Of a DNA stretch of 64,000 nt, positions 37,846 through 51,142 are shown piece by piece (position 1 is the first letter of the stretch; each line of letters starts with the position of its first letter). Under the pieces are notes generated by a model that saw only the letters and a program-made list of their open reading frames with translations, was not told where the DNA came from and did not search any database. Origin of the DNA: Yuukianura sp. NJ FZ-2021 (taxonomy: Eukaryota). Where the stretch lies: the NCBI GenBank assembly GCA_046563655.1, contig CM102283.1:744001-808000 (forward strand). Reading direction: 5' to 3'. Made by a program: the position numbers and the translations under genes.

Positions 37846-39147
37846 TGTTAATTTGGTGTTTTAGACACTGGACCAAGAGAGATTTAGTAGCCGCTCGGAT
37901 AGTGAGGCATGTGTCGTAGCCTTTGCAATACGAAAGAGCGTGCATCTTGAGTCAAAATAATATGAATGCGTAAAGCGTAACATTAGTCAACAATGTTTTA
38001 GATGAAATTGAACAACCTTGAATTTGATTTTAGTTGAATTTTGACGTCAGAAAGAAGCGAAGGTTGGGAAATTGTGTTTTTACCCCCATGTTATTAACGT
38101 TGTTCTTCTGTAAAGTGTGCAACGGCGATAAGGCTAAAATCGCAAGGAACAGGAGTGATGGTCCAATCAAACCATTTGCGACACTGGATGCCATTTTCTA
38201 CAACGGTTTTTTTTTAGTTGTTCTCCCGGTTTGTTCAAAATTTTGGAAAAGTTTGAAGAACTGCACAGTTAACTTGAAAGCCGGCTTGTATTTGTACGAA
38301 GTTGCGATCACATTTTCCGTGGTATAAATTGAGTAAATTTAAGTCGAAAATTATTTGCGACGAAGGTGACCTACATTTTAGTGGCCTACAAACTACTTTC
38401 AATATTAGCGTTAATATTTTTTCTTGAAAAACATTTCCTTGACATGAAAGTTTTACTCCAACTTCATTTCTTGGTTAACTTTGAAATTGAAAAGTTCTTG
38501 ACAATTCTATATCAATTCTAAGTTGATCGACACTTCAATGTAACTTTTTTTATTCTACATAATTAAAAAAAATAAGTGCAAATTCAGCGCTGCTTAGGTT
38601 TTGCTGCAGAAATTCTTCCGCTCTTCCTCGAAGCATACGTTCGACTATTTTGAGACAAAACAGAAGTTTGAATTTAAAGCTTTTAGAATTTGTTAGTTTA
38701 AACTTAAAATTGTTTAATCTGTTAGGTTTAAAAGTAGCCTCCGTGCTTGTAGACTGGACTTGACGTTGGGCGGCTTCTGAACTTGAGCGTCGAATATTCA
38801 TCTTCTCCGTAGTAACAACTAGCACAAATTACAATATTGCATGTTAAGATTTTACGAAAACTGCGAATCGGATTTCTGTTAAAAAAAATTTCAACTGATA
38901 CCAAAAAATATATAAAATTTTATAAAACATTAAAAAAATACGTGCAAACTGCACAACTTTGGCAAAACATGAGCTTTCTACTGAAAAACATAAAAAATAA
39001 TAATCATTTTTTGATGGCATTGCTTTTGCTGAGCTTGCTGAAATTGAATTGAATTCATTTTTGATTCATCCAAAATGGCGATCAGAACCAGAAGATTGAC
39101 GTGTAATCTTAATTGACCTGCGACAATAGTTGACCCGTGACAGACTC

Positions 39148-42100
39148 TCAGCTGACCTGTGACATGGAAGTAACTGAAGGGTCAATGCCCCATAGGTCAT
39201 ACCAAGGCCCACATAAGTTTCCTGTTCGTTCCGATTTTTGGTCCAATTTTGAATTTCGTTCCGGGTAGTAAAGTCGTTTTTGAATTTGGCGCCCGTATTC
39301 AAAAAGTGGCAGTTGAAATGTAGTTACTGGCCCTCGGCCACTCCCGGCATCACTTTCACTTGCAATTAACTCTAACGTATGAACTTCAGAACGAATTGAA
39401 CCTTTGACCCGCCGTCCACCTCCACTGCGCCGTCGCATTTCGTTTCTCTCAATATTGTAGTTCATGCGTGGTTCATCTTGTTCCGAAGTTCCCCGGCCAT
39501 AGTCGGGTTCACTCGGAACGATTCGGAGACTCTGCGATTTCATTCTCCGACCGAGTAGTCGTAAACTTCCTTTACTATTTTCAAATTGGCTTCTTCTGTT
39601 TTTTGATTGGTTTCCGTTTGGCATTTCCGATTCTCTGATTGGTGGCGGCGGAGGCGGGAAACACTCTTCTTCAACTTCTGTGCCTTCAATGAAAATGCTG
39701 CTCTGAGCATCATCTAAAAACTGATCTTCTTCAGCTTCCTCCTCTTCCAGATTTTGACTTTGGATTGAAGCTCCAGATGAGAAGCGCGGGAGTTGAGGCA
39801 GAGCTCTACTGCGCATTCGCATGTTGCTCGGGACAATTGGTGCCTCGGATGCAGAAAACGACTCCACCCGAAGCATGCGTTGACCTGGAGTGTGCTGTCG
39901 GCCTTTTTCGGATGCACTTCGTCTTACCGAACTGGAACTGATGGGAGGTGGAGGTGGCGGTGGAACGGACCTGCGCAATACGATACTGTTCCTTTCGTTG
40001 CTTTCCGACACTTCTGGATTTTCGTCTTTCTTGGGTCCCCGCCATGGCAGAGGGGGTGGAAGCGGGGGGAGGGGCGGCGGTTCCTTGCGGGGTTCTTCCG
40101 TCTGTGAATGCTGGGAGACTTTAATGGGCGGAGCTTGTGTTTTGTTGATCCGTGTGCAGTGACGTCCGGACGACTCTTTCAGTGGAGCAGAAGGAGGTGG
40201 ACGACGCGGTGGTGGTGGGGCGACGGGGGAGTTGAGCTGAACCACGGATGCATGCGAAGCCCAGAGGTCATCGGACTCACAAGAACCGGCAACCGAGATA
40301 GAATCGAAAGCTTGACCTTGCCGTTGCGGAAAGGCAGCGGGTGGAAGCTGGTGGGGATGTGTAGAGTTAGTGTCTTTTTTCCAAATTAAGGACTTGGTTC
40401 GACTGAGCAGTTTTTGTAAAGGACCGGCACTGGGAGAGCGGTGACTGCTTGTGGAGTTGTGGCGAGTTGCTCTCGTGGAGCGGGTCAAAGGTCGACCTCT
40501 GTGACCTCCTTCGTCATGCGCAGAAGCTTCGGAAATGTTTATAAAGCTCTGGGCTCTGCGTGGTTCGGGAATTCCTTGGTGCTTCATTCGTGCTGACTCT
40601 GATTTGTGATATTTCTCCATCAACCAAGCGTCGCCAGATTTCAAAGTGCCACTGATTTTGTTTGTCAAAGTTGAAAAAATGCAAACAAAAATGAAACGAA
40701 AAACAAAAACAAAATTAAAGCAAACGCAATCAAACTTTAAAGCAAAACTCAGAAATTTAACGAAAACAAAAAAAAATTTTTTTTTTGAGAATTTACCTAG
40801 CCGAATTTGGTTCGTCTTCAGAGTAGTCGATTTCTGGTTGCGGTGGAGCCTTGTGAATGTCATTGCTAAATCCGCTGTCATTGCTGCTGTGTAGAGAATC
40901 TGATGCTCTTCCATTGCTATTTCCACTTGGCGTCTGCGTACTAATTGACACAATTTGATTCTGCCCAGAACTCTTGGTCATGCCTTGCTCTTTGTAGGGC
41001 AGCAGAAAACCGTTGGGGAGCGGTGGAGGAGGCGGTGGCGGCATGGGCCCTTCAAGGGCCTCACAAGAAGATGTTGTGGCTGGAGACTCTGGACCCTCCG
41101 TGTACGCCACTGGAAACCAGCCTAACTTCTGTGTCCGAAGATTCTCACCATACTGCCACCCTTTACTCCGTTCACCTACAAAAAGCAGCAGTTTCAAAAA
41201 ATCCAAAATTGGGGGGGATCAATTTTTGAAAGCAATACCGATGAGAATGATGATGTCGCCTTCTAGAAATGACAATTGGTTGTCACCGCTGGAGAGGTAC
41301 GCGTAAAGTGCTTTCACGACGCTGCTCATCCCACCTAATTCATTTGGCACTGCAAGCGATTTGGGACGCTGGAGCTGCCCAGCTCTGCTGCCGTCTCCCA
41401 TCAAAGGTGGAGAAAGTTGACCCGTATAAGATGGCACGAGACTCATCTGACCTCCGTTCTTGTCGCTCATGGCCAATGACAGATCAGATTTGGCACGACT
41501 CATGGCGCCCATGCGCGGTTCTTCCTCTTCGTCCACACTTTCAAGCATCTCTGCCCCCTCCATCGACTTGCTCTTGCGCAGACGCTGTTGACCTGAACAG
41601 CAGTTTGGATCTTCCCGCCCATTTCCTCTAGGGGTACAATAAATACAGTCGTCCTCGCTTCCCTGTAAAAATGGAAACAAAATATTAAAAGCATTAAGAA
41701 ACTGTAAGAAGATTACTCATTCAAATCTAGAAATAATCTTATTTAATTTAAAGAACTAAAAGTTTTTAATTTAGTTTTCCAAGTTCAAGATAATTTGAGT
41801 TCAAAACCTTCTGCAGACGATTGATGAGCTTATTTTGCATTGGCGGGGGGAGTACTTCGCGTGACCTTGAGACTTGCATCCATTCGTCCAGACTATCCCC
41901 CAGCAGGGAGTTCCCCTTGGAGTAGAATGCCAAGTAGTGCTTGGCCAACGACGCTTGTCGTTCCAAAATAAATCCATACCGCCGTCGCTCCTCAGTTAGC
42001 GCCTTAAATTCAAAACAAAATACATAGTTTTATTACTCTAATTTTTTATGTCATACAACGATGTAACGATGTCATATTTCACATCGAATGCAAGGCGTCT

Positions 42101-45100
42101 ACCTAAAATTTGAAAATTTTCTTTTGGGAAGTTCTTTACGGTATTTCTTTTTCGACTCCGTTTAGGAAACTCACAGAAGAAATTCATAAAACTTTAGAAA
42201 TAATCTACTAAACCTAAATTAGCTCCAAAAAAAAAAATTATAACAGAAAGACATTTTTTGAAGAAAAGAAGTTCATGCTCTGAAAATTTTCAATTCTTGT
42301 TTCATTTTTTTTTTGTGCTTGTCAAAAACACGTTTCTAATCAGAACCAAGAACTGCATAATATGCCATTTGCAAAACCAGACAGACAGAGCCTGCTTTGG
42401 TTTCTGCAGAGTCTTGTTTTTCATGCACATTTTGTTCTGGTTTAGCACTGTATCTTTTTGGTGTAAATTTCAAAAAATTCTCATTTAAGAAAATTGTTGT
42501 TTTAAATTACAGGGTAATGATGGATCTTAACTTACAGTATTGAGTGAATTTTCACAAAAGAGTTCCAATTTGGTTTTCTCTTCTTCAAGCTCCTGCATCA
42601 CCTAGGTTCCACAACAACATTTCAGAGGTAAATGGGGTCAAAGTTGTTCAAAATTAGAGTTTGAATGAAGGTTTAAAAACTGTTTTGAAAAGGAGCGCCA
42701 ACAAAATTTGAAATTGAAAGTTACTCTAATTTCCTTGTCGATGGCCGTGGATGAAGTTGATTTACGGCCTTTCTTCTTCATCTTCCTGGCATTTGCTGAC
42801 GCCTTGACGAAGCCTTCAATCCTCCTCTTGTGAGACACTCCAAACTTCTTCTGCTCGTTCTAAATGCAAAGGAAAATGGAAAACATAAAGAGACGCCCAG
42901 TAGGTGTGAAAAAGACAATGGAACTCATTCATCATAAACGAGTGTCTAAGTAGACTAACTTTTACCTGTAATTAAGTATGAATTAATTAGGGGTGTGGAA
43001 TCATTTAGTTAATTGCAATTACTGTTTTAAATGTTAACGATTTCCTTTTACCTGAATCACTCGTGAGTCTCTCTCCAAGTTTGCCTCCAAAGGAACCAAA
43101 AAATCAACGTAAAAGGCCTTCAACTGAAAAAAAAAAACAATTTTTGCAAAATAATAAAAAAAACGAAAATTTTTCTTAAACATTTTTCTCTGCATTTTGC
43201 TTTATTTGAAATTTACTGACGTGTTGCCTTTTTCTTACAAACTTTTTTGTCGCTTTTTACATTTTTTCTTTACTGTTTTACATCAACATTTTTACATAAC
43301 ATTCAACTTACGGCATTCAGTTGTTGTGTGTGAATTTCCTTGAAAACTTGCGTCACTTCCATGAGAGAGGAGCCTATACAGTGACAGTGTGAGAAAACTT
43401 TTGTGAACTTCCGAAATTTCATTTTTTTTTTAAATTTAACTGTGTAACTTTTTTTTTCATTATTTTGAAATTACCAATATCCGCAGCGCATCCTAGAGAA
43501 CTTTCCTCGGCCTGTTTGGAAAGTTTGAGGAGCGAGTCCAAGTAGAGGGAAGACGCTGCAGAGGCACCTTTCAAAGCAAAACAAACGAGGAAAACAATGG
43601 TAGGCAATCGGAATTTGCAAATTGTCGTCAATTGACGAATTTGCAATTGTGTAATATGTGCAATTTGTAATTTGGTACTTAATTGCAGTGTCTTCTTTCC
43701 GACACATTATTGCGTCACTTTTACAAAATCCTAAACTTCGTGTTATACACTATGCTAAAGAAAGAGAAGACAAATGACAGTTTCATTGTTCATCGTTTGG
43801 TTGCGTAACGACGTTGTTCGTCTTAGTAAATCCTTGTGTCTGCGCAGTCGCATCATGCTCTCAAGTAGACAGAGTCAAAAATGGAACTTCATTTTGCAAA
43901 ACCTTATTTTTCAAAATTCTGTTCACATTTTGCAATTTCATCATTTCCTTACACACATTTTTTAGTAAAACTTTAAAAGGAATAAGCTTTACATTTTGTA
44001 ATTTTTCAACTTCATCCCACACCGGCTTACATTTTCATGCAGAATTCTTTAGAATTGGTTCACATTTTTTAAATCAGTGAACTGAATTCATTTCTTATTT
44101 TTTCTTGATGAACTTTTGCCATTTTCAGTTTTTGGTCTGTTTTTTTTTGCCTTTCAAAATTTTGAGTAACGAACTTACTGTGTAGAGCTTTGAGGTACGC
44201 CTTGCCCGTGGCAATCATTTCTCTAGAAGCGGGATTGAAATTCTCCAAGATGTTCTGCAAGAAAAGACCAAAGTGCTGTCAGACTTTTCAAAAAAAAAGA
44301 CAAAGCCTCTTCAAAATTTTAGTTTGAAACATGTCAGAAGTTATATAAAAACTCTTTTTTCATTTCCATGAAAAGGTTACATGAACTTCCCATGTTTTCA
44401 GTTGTTGGCGGAAGTTGGTTTCCGTTTCAACTTTACAAAAAACTTTTTGAGTATAGAGGAAGACAAATGATTCTTCCTGATCCATGAATTGCTTTGCTTT
44501 CACTTGCGTCTTAAGCTCAGTCATTATTTACGGCGGAACTTTTTGAAAGAAAAAGAAAAAAGGTTTTTTGAAATGACTTTTGATTCTTGTTTGAAATCGT
44601 AAGTGATTTGTGGCCACAGCATGAGGGGAAAACTTGACCCCAAAGTCTGGATTTCTTTATTCAGCTTTCAATGTGGGTCACTGTGCATCTCGCACGTACT
44701 TATAATACAACAACTTTTGTATTATTATTGAGCGACCAATGAGGCAGAACGTGTTTCCCTTGGAGAGAGATCGTGTTTAGACTTTGTACAGCCATGCCCT
44801 CAAGGAAGAAATAAGAAACGCATAAGCTAGCATAAGCTCAAGTGTTAATTGGAGGAGAGATCATTTAGAGTCTAATGACACAGGCTGTACATTCACTCAA
44901 GTAATTTAGAGTCCAAACATTTTAGATTTGTGTAATTTCTCTCCTGAGAGGATGAATGGACTTAATTACCCCTCATATGATCTTTGTACAAGATGTTTCA
45001 AAAATCCCAAATAAACAACTCTCTCGATCCCAAAAGACAATGAGTGTGTATAGTGTGTAATGTGTGTAAAATGGATGTGTAAAGTGTGTAAATCAATGTG

Positions 45101-45909
45101 TGTTTGAATGAGTGTCGAGACAGGTTAGGTTAACCTAATCTCACATTAATGTTAACTGAGCTCTGGCTTTTGGCATTTTGACTCCACTTTCACTTTGAGG
45201 TTTTTCGCAGAGAGTTGTTAAATGTGGACAGAGCGGAGGTGGGCGTGGTGGGACATGGTGTAAATCAACACGCGAAAACCACAAAGTAGCTGTGTTTTTA
45301 AAACTAAAACTCGTTTTCTATTTGAACACCGACAAGCAAGTGCTAAACAGGGAATTGGTTTAACCTACATACACTCAACTTGTCAAAAAAGATATTTTAT
45401 TCTCTCTTCCTCCGTTTGGAATGAAGAGTTTAGGATTGGGATAAACCCTGACATTTTGAAAATGTTCCGAAAGTGTCAAAATGTGAGTGCCAACATTTCA
45501 AAATGCCCGGAAAGTACAAACTTTAAGTGCAAACATGTTCGAAATGTCCGAAAAGTGCAAACACTTTTCATAATGTTCGGAAGGAAGCCACTGCGGAGAA
45601 AAGTCGTTAGTTTTTATTTTTATGCCAAAAACAAAATTTTCAGGGCTTTGGATATTCGCAATTTTCGGTTGGAACATTTCAATCCCCATTTCCGACTTTT
45701 TCTTTCAGGAAAAGTGTGCTAATAAAATTGTCTCTGAAAAAAGTGAAAAGTTAGAATAAAAAATTTAGTTTTTTGGAAACCTTTTTAGAAAAGTGGTTTT
45801 GTTACGAACTCCTTTGATGTTTTACTTTTATAGTTGTATTTTTGAAACTTCTGGTTTCACTAACCTTGTATACGCCGTCGATGACCTTTGTGATTTCAGT
45901 TGGATCCAT
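39148..45909 (-). CDS. IRSp53: IRSp53/BAIAP2-family I-BAR (IMD) + SH3 protein with long Pro-rich tail, ~11 exons (first 45909-45865, last 40651-39148)
   Basis: IMD exons MDPTEITKVIDGVYK / NILENFNPASREMIATGKAYLKALH / LKAFYVDFLVPLE / ALTEERRRYGFILERQ; SH3 VVKALYAYLSSGDNQLSFLEGDII..GERSKGWQYGENLRTQKLGWFPVAYT. Confidence 0.9.
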
Positions 45910-48900
45910 AATTCCCATTTTGAAAAAGAAAAATTTCAAAGGGAAACTTTGATTTCCAGTCAAAAACAGAACAAGTCACTTCGGTTCAAACCGCAACCTA
46001 ACCGATTCTTTTTTGAAAAAATTTTTCAAAAAGGTATTTGAAATTTTGGGATTCAATTGAACTAAGATCTTGTTCCAATCGACAGCAGCAGTTGGATGGC
46101 TTCAGTACAAGGACCCATGACTTGATTTGGTCGAAAGGAAGTGCTGGTGCTACGCCAATTGCAAATTGTAAATTGCAAATCTTGAAGTCCTTTGCCTTCG
46201 TCACCTCGATTCCCACTAAAAAGAAGCTTCCCAAATCAACACCACTTTCCTACAACTATCCAACTGCCCCTCAATTACCAACACAAATACAACTTAACAC
46301 TATGCACAACAACTCCTGTCCACCAACACTACTTACTTTTCAACTTCTTTTGTTTCTCGTCTCACCATCACAACATAAAGTCGCCGGTTGTAGCTCAATT
46401 TCCAATCAAAGTTAACTCGAGTGACCAAAATTGCAATTAAAGTAAACTGAGATTGTGTTTCAAGGTGACCTTTGATGTTTCACTTTTTGAAAACAAAAAC
46501 AGGACATGAATGCTGTTGTCGTTTGGAGGACGTAAGAGACACTGCGACAGATTCCCCTTCTTTCCCTGCCTTTCTCCACTCACATGGAAACTTTCACTTA
46601 CAAAAACCCACAATGGAAGTTCACAAATGCAAAGACTACCATACTTCATCACTTTAATTTACTTCATTGTTTCATTCACTAATCAATTACTTTTATTACA
46701 ATTTATTATTCTTTTATCCATATCATTCGTTTTTTGTGAAGTTTGCTTAGTCATCATTAAGTAGCAGAAGTTACTTTTATTTATTGACCTTGTCCTTCTG
46801 TCTGTCAGCTTTTATGTCGTCACGTAACCTCAGCTTTTTCCTAGATCGTTTCCATTCCTGTTCAATATATCGTTTCATGGCCATTAATTTTAGTTACTAG
46901 CGCTTTGTTATTATAAAATTTACTTTGATTTAATTACAAGTTGTTAAATTTGTTTAGTTTTAAACTAACAACTACATAAGACAAACCCTATTAAAAACAG
47001 GGCAACTTATACCACGCATAATCCGTTTAAAAGTAACACGACAGAACTAATATTTGTGAGTCTCCCATGACCTTGCAGTCCAACTGGAGCATGGAGGAAC
47101 AACCTAAAACTTAATAGTTCTGAAGATTTTTTCTGTTTCTGCTTTTGACATATTTATTGTCATGTTTTATTGCTTCCTTGTTTCCCAGAAGTTAAACACT
47201 GTAAAGGTCAGTTTTCAGGTTAAGCTACAGTTTCATGTTTTCTAGTTCCCAAAAAAGGGACCCCACCTCCTTGTTCTTTTAGTCCAGCAGTTGGACACAG
47301 ATCTGAGTTTTTTTTTACTAAAAAAAATCAGAAGGCCAACTTAGGAATAGTACCAGTATAGTCAGTGAACTTTTGAAACAGATCTTAATTCTTGTTTTAA
47401 ATAAAGCAACTCAATTCTTCCTTCCGACTTTCAAAAAAGTGTGAATAAGCTCACGATTTTTTTTAAAAATGAATTTAATTTGAATTGGTTTGTACTTTAG
47501 AAAATGGAGTGGTATTAATCGATTAAAAGTTGGGTGGTTTGCAGAGTGAAGATAGCAGGAAGTGGAAGTTGAGTAGGAATGCGGGAGGAAGTTGGCGAGG
47601 GAGAACGTGAATGAGAAAGGGAGAGGGAGATGAACTTCCAGCAGTATCCAGGATTCTGGAGAGCTGACACTGGATTTTGTGGTGATTTGGTGTTCTCTTG
47701 CACGGTGAAAGTCCTGGAGCGTGGATAAAACTTCCTGGAAGGGGAACACTTTGGATATGGCAAAGAGGAGGGGAGAAAAGAAATTAGTTTTGGTCTTTGG
47801 CGTCGATTGTAAAACTGGGAATAATATCAACAGCTAACATAAAATGAAAGAAAGCACGCGGAAAAAACATTTTTGTGAATTTTTTTTTGTTAAACTTTTG
47901 CATTTGTGAATAGTGAACCTATGATTAGTACCAATGATTTAAAAATTGTGATGCTGAAATTTCCAATTTCGTCTTTTGAAAAAACGTTAAAAGTTAATGC
48001 CTATATCGTTTTAAATGTGGAGACTAATGAACCTATTCAACATTTGTATCATGTTTTGAGATTTTAATTTTTCTTAAATTTTTTGTACCAGAGAGAGGAA
48101 GTTGTTTGTAGGACGAGCAAGGCCGAGTTGGACTGTTTCATAAGTTTGTTATAAATTGGGGTTAACTGACATTGACATCAAAAGTTTTTAGGAAAACGAG
48201 TTAGGCTAGGTGACAGGAGTAGGCTACTCAACTAAAAAAAAAACAATTGGCATATTGACGTACTTTTTGTTCAAGTTCTGTTGTGTACTAAAGGATAAAG
48301 TAGGATCAACGGAGTGGGTTGTGTCATATTCTGCCAAGAAATTGATTTGCTTCTGCAATTATCTAATCTAACGAGGATTCACTTGCAGGGCGAAACACTG
48401 CATTTGCACATGCATAACCAATGGAAATTCGAAAAAGTGCAAAATGGTGATGGGGTAATTAGAACATGAAATCAATCCATATGCCACATTCAGAAATACT
48501 TCACATTCCGTATCCTGCTGTGAATATTTGAAGTTTCCAATTTCGTCGGCGCGTAACTTGGATAACGGCTAGGTTCAGCATAAAATATTAGGGCCAGACT
48601 GACCTGCCGAATAAAATTTAAAATTTAAAATTTAAAAAAAAAATGTTCCGAAGCTCAAAATCAATCAAAAGTTTTAGCTGGCATGTATAAAAAATTTTAG
48701 GCATCATTTTGCTTCATCTGTAAGAAACAAAACAGGATAACACAATATGTTTTGTCAGATTTCATGCGCAGATCAAATGGTTTGCAGCAGCAGTAGCTTC
48801 CAAATTTTTTTGAAGTTGAACAACTGAACAAAGCACACGCCTTGTTCAGTTTAACGCTTTTTGGATCATGTTGGTTCAATATTTGTTCGAATTCAAAAAA

Positions 48901-49541
48901 CTCTTTTTGGAAAACACAGAAGCATTGAAAATTAATGGAATGCAATGAAATGATCTTTCAATTTTTGTGTAGACTCGCCCACTTCTAGTTTTATCCATTA
49001 GTACATAAGTGCTGAATTGCTTTCGGTTAATGTAGGAATGCTAAATGTCTTTTGATTGAACCACTTGAGTGTAACCACCGAAGCGAATATTTGTAATTTT
49101 TGTGACGCTCATAGATCAGATTTGTTTCAAATCGTTAAGAGTTCTATCGGGGGCTTCAGAAATGCATGAGTCAGTGCATCGTTGGAGCTCGCAAAGCCAC
49201 AAAAAGTGTCACTTTCTGTCTTCTTTCAAAAGTAAAGTATAACTCGTGTGTCGTCTTAAAGTTATGAAAGTATGGTTTTGCTACCCTAACTCCTGTTCAA
49301 GGTCCAAGGATCACAGTCCCTTTAAAATTTTCTTCGTCGTTCGTTATAAGTAGGCGGGCACAAATAGTCACTTCGTTCTCTCAGTCTTATCTTTCCGTTT
49401 GTACAAGTTCGTCCATTCTAAGATCCTAACCTTACATAACCAACTACGTAGATCCTGTTCACTTGAGTGGGAGGATTGAGAACGTGAAGTTGTGTTTGAA
49501 AGTAAGGGCTGGAGAAATTGAATTTTGAACAAAAAGCAAAC

Positions 49542-50324
49542 ATGTCAGAGGTCACGTCAAAACTGGAAGTGGATACAGATCATGTAGTGAGGTTGAACGA
49601 CCGAAATTTTCTTGTCTGGAAATTTCAAATGAGCATAGTATTGAAGGCCTCCGGACTTTGGAAAGTTGTTAGTGGGGAGGAAGTGGCTTCAAGCGACATT
49701 TGGGAAGAGAACGACATTTGTGCGCAGGCGCTCATCATTCCAACGCTGGACGACAACCAAGTACTGCTTGTCTGTGCCTGCAAAACGTCCAAGGAAATTT
49801 GGGATAAGCTGACTACTATTCATGCAGACACTTCACATATGAACAAGACGTACAACTTGACGAAATTTTTCCAGTACAAACCCAAGCCTGGTGCGTCGCT
49901 GCTCCAAATCTACTTGGATGTGGAGGAAATTGCCAACACTTTAAAGGAAATTGGAAGTCCACTGTCAGAGACCATGGTGGTGGCAAAAATACTTTGTTCT
50001 TTACCAGAAGAGCACACGACATTCAGGCAGGAGTGGGACTGGGAGACTACCGGGGAGCAAACAATGGTTAATCTACTGTCCAAAATAAAGAAAAAGGAAT
50101 TGGAACGGCAACTTCAACCGAAAAATGTCAGACGTATGACGGGATTGGCTTTCAGATCAGAACCGCAATCCACACGCCAAAACCAAGGGAAACAATGGAA
50201 CAAAAAACATGGCTGTGCAATTTGTGGAAAACCCGGGCATTGGAAGAACGATTGTCCAGGAAATGGAAGCAACGGGGGTGGTTCTTCAGGCAACGGCTGG
50301 CCGTCATTTGGAGGCGCATATTAA
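49542..50324 (+). CDS. Intact gag-only ORF of Ty1/copia type (260 aa), candidate domesticated gag
   Basis: RLNDRNFLVWKFQM..VLKASGLWKVV, ACKTSKEIWDKL, MVVAKILCSLPEEH..F..W and CCHC knuckle CAICGKPGHWKNDC, then a Gly-rich tail and stop. No protease/integrase/RT downstream; ATTAAA at 50407. Confidence 0.8.
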   Translation: MSEVTSKLEVDTDHVVRLNDRNFLVWKFQMSIVLKASGLWKVVSGEEVASSDIWEENDICAQALIIPTLDDNQVLLVCACKTSKEIWDKLTTIHADTSHMNKTYNLTKFFQYKPKPGASLLQIYLDVEEIANTLKEIGSPLSETMVVAKILCSLPEEHTTFRQEWDWETTGEQTMVNLLSKIKKKELERQLQPKNVRRMTGLAFRSEPQSTRQNQGKQWNKKHGCAICGKPGHWKNDCPGNGSNGGGSSGNGWPSFGGAY

Positions 50325-51142
50325 AGGTGTAATGACATTACGTGTAATATTTCTAGTAATAGCGGCTTACCGTTAGACGTTTATGTTAAATTACCGTAAA
50401 ACTTCTATTAAACACCCGCGCGTTTATTCAAAATCTCAACTTTTACCCCGGGCGTTTGAAGGAATTTCTAATTGGTCTAATTAATTACTGTATTGCCCAA
50501 ATTGGTTAGGTTATGTTTTATTGCCACCTCTTGTTATGTTAGTATACGTTAGTATTTGAATAGGCTAAATGCTATGTACTACTAAGATTATCGTGTAAGG
50601 TAAGATTGCTCTCGTCGTTAGGCAACAGCAGTGTTAAGTCAAAGAGTTTATAGCCAATTTCTAGCCAAGTTTTTTTTTGTTGAAAATTCATGGTATATTT
50701 TCTACTATTAATACGACTATGTTAATTAATTTTTAATTAATTAATTTTATTTGCAGTAGTGTTGGTCGATTTCGTAAATCAGTTAATTATAATTGCTAGT
50801 ATAAACTGAATTACGTGAATATCTTATCATAACTTGGCTTCATTCCTTCGGCTTTTTAGGAATACATCATTACATAATAGCTAGCTTAATTTAGAAAGGA
50901 AAATCGCATAGTTAAATTCAATTCAGGACAATTTATTCTCCTACTTAAGCAGGTTTTTCAGAGTAAATGTTTTACAAATTGTTGTATTGATTAACTATGC
51001 TAATTGGTTAACGTTGCAAAAGGAAAATTATGACGAATAATTATAAGTTTAGGATTAAACAAAATTTATATCATTTTATAGAACAATATAACAATATTAT
51101 AGTAAAAAAGGAAATTACAGACTTCGTTAGTTTCAAACTCAC

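Noticed and set aside
39148-40953. Standalone 601-aa ORF with a hydrophobic FFFVFVKF segment
   Set aside because: The hydrophobic part is a read-through intron (40652-40796); the remainder is the last IRSp53 exon.
45121-45140. TTAGG telomere-like repeats (also near 1383, 13480, 15690)
   Set aside because: Only 2-3 units each, several of them inside MITE-like sequence; not a telomeric array.
45450-45710. Short degenerate aaatgtccgaaaagtgcaaa repeats in IRSp53 intron 1
   Set aside because: Probably an old MITE remnant, but ends and TSD could not be defined.
49000-51000. Full-length copia retrotransposon
   Set aside because: No LTR pair, clear PBS or pol domains were found by eye around the gag ORF.
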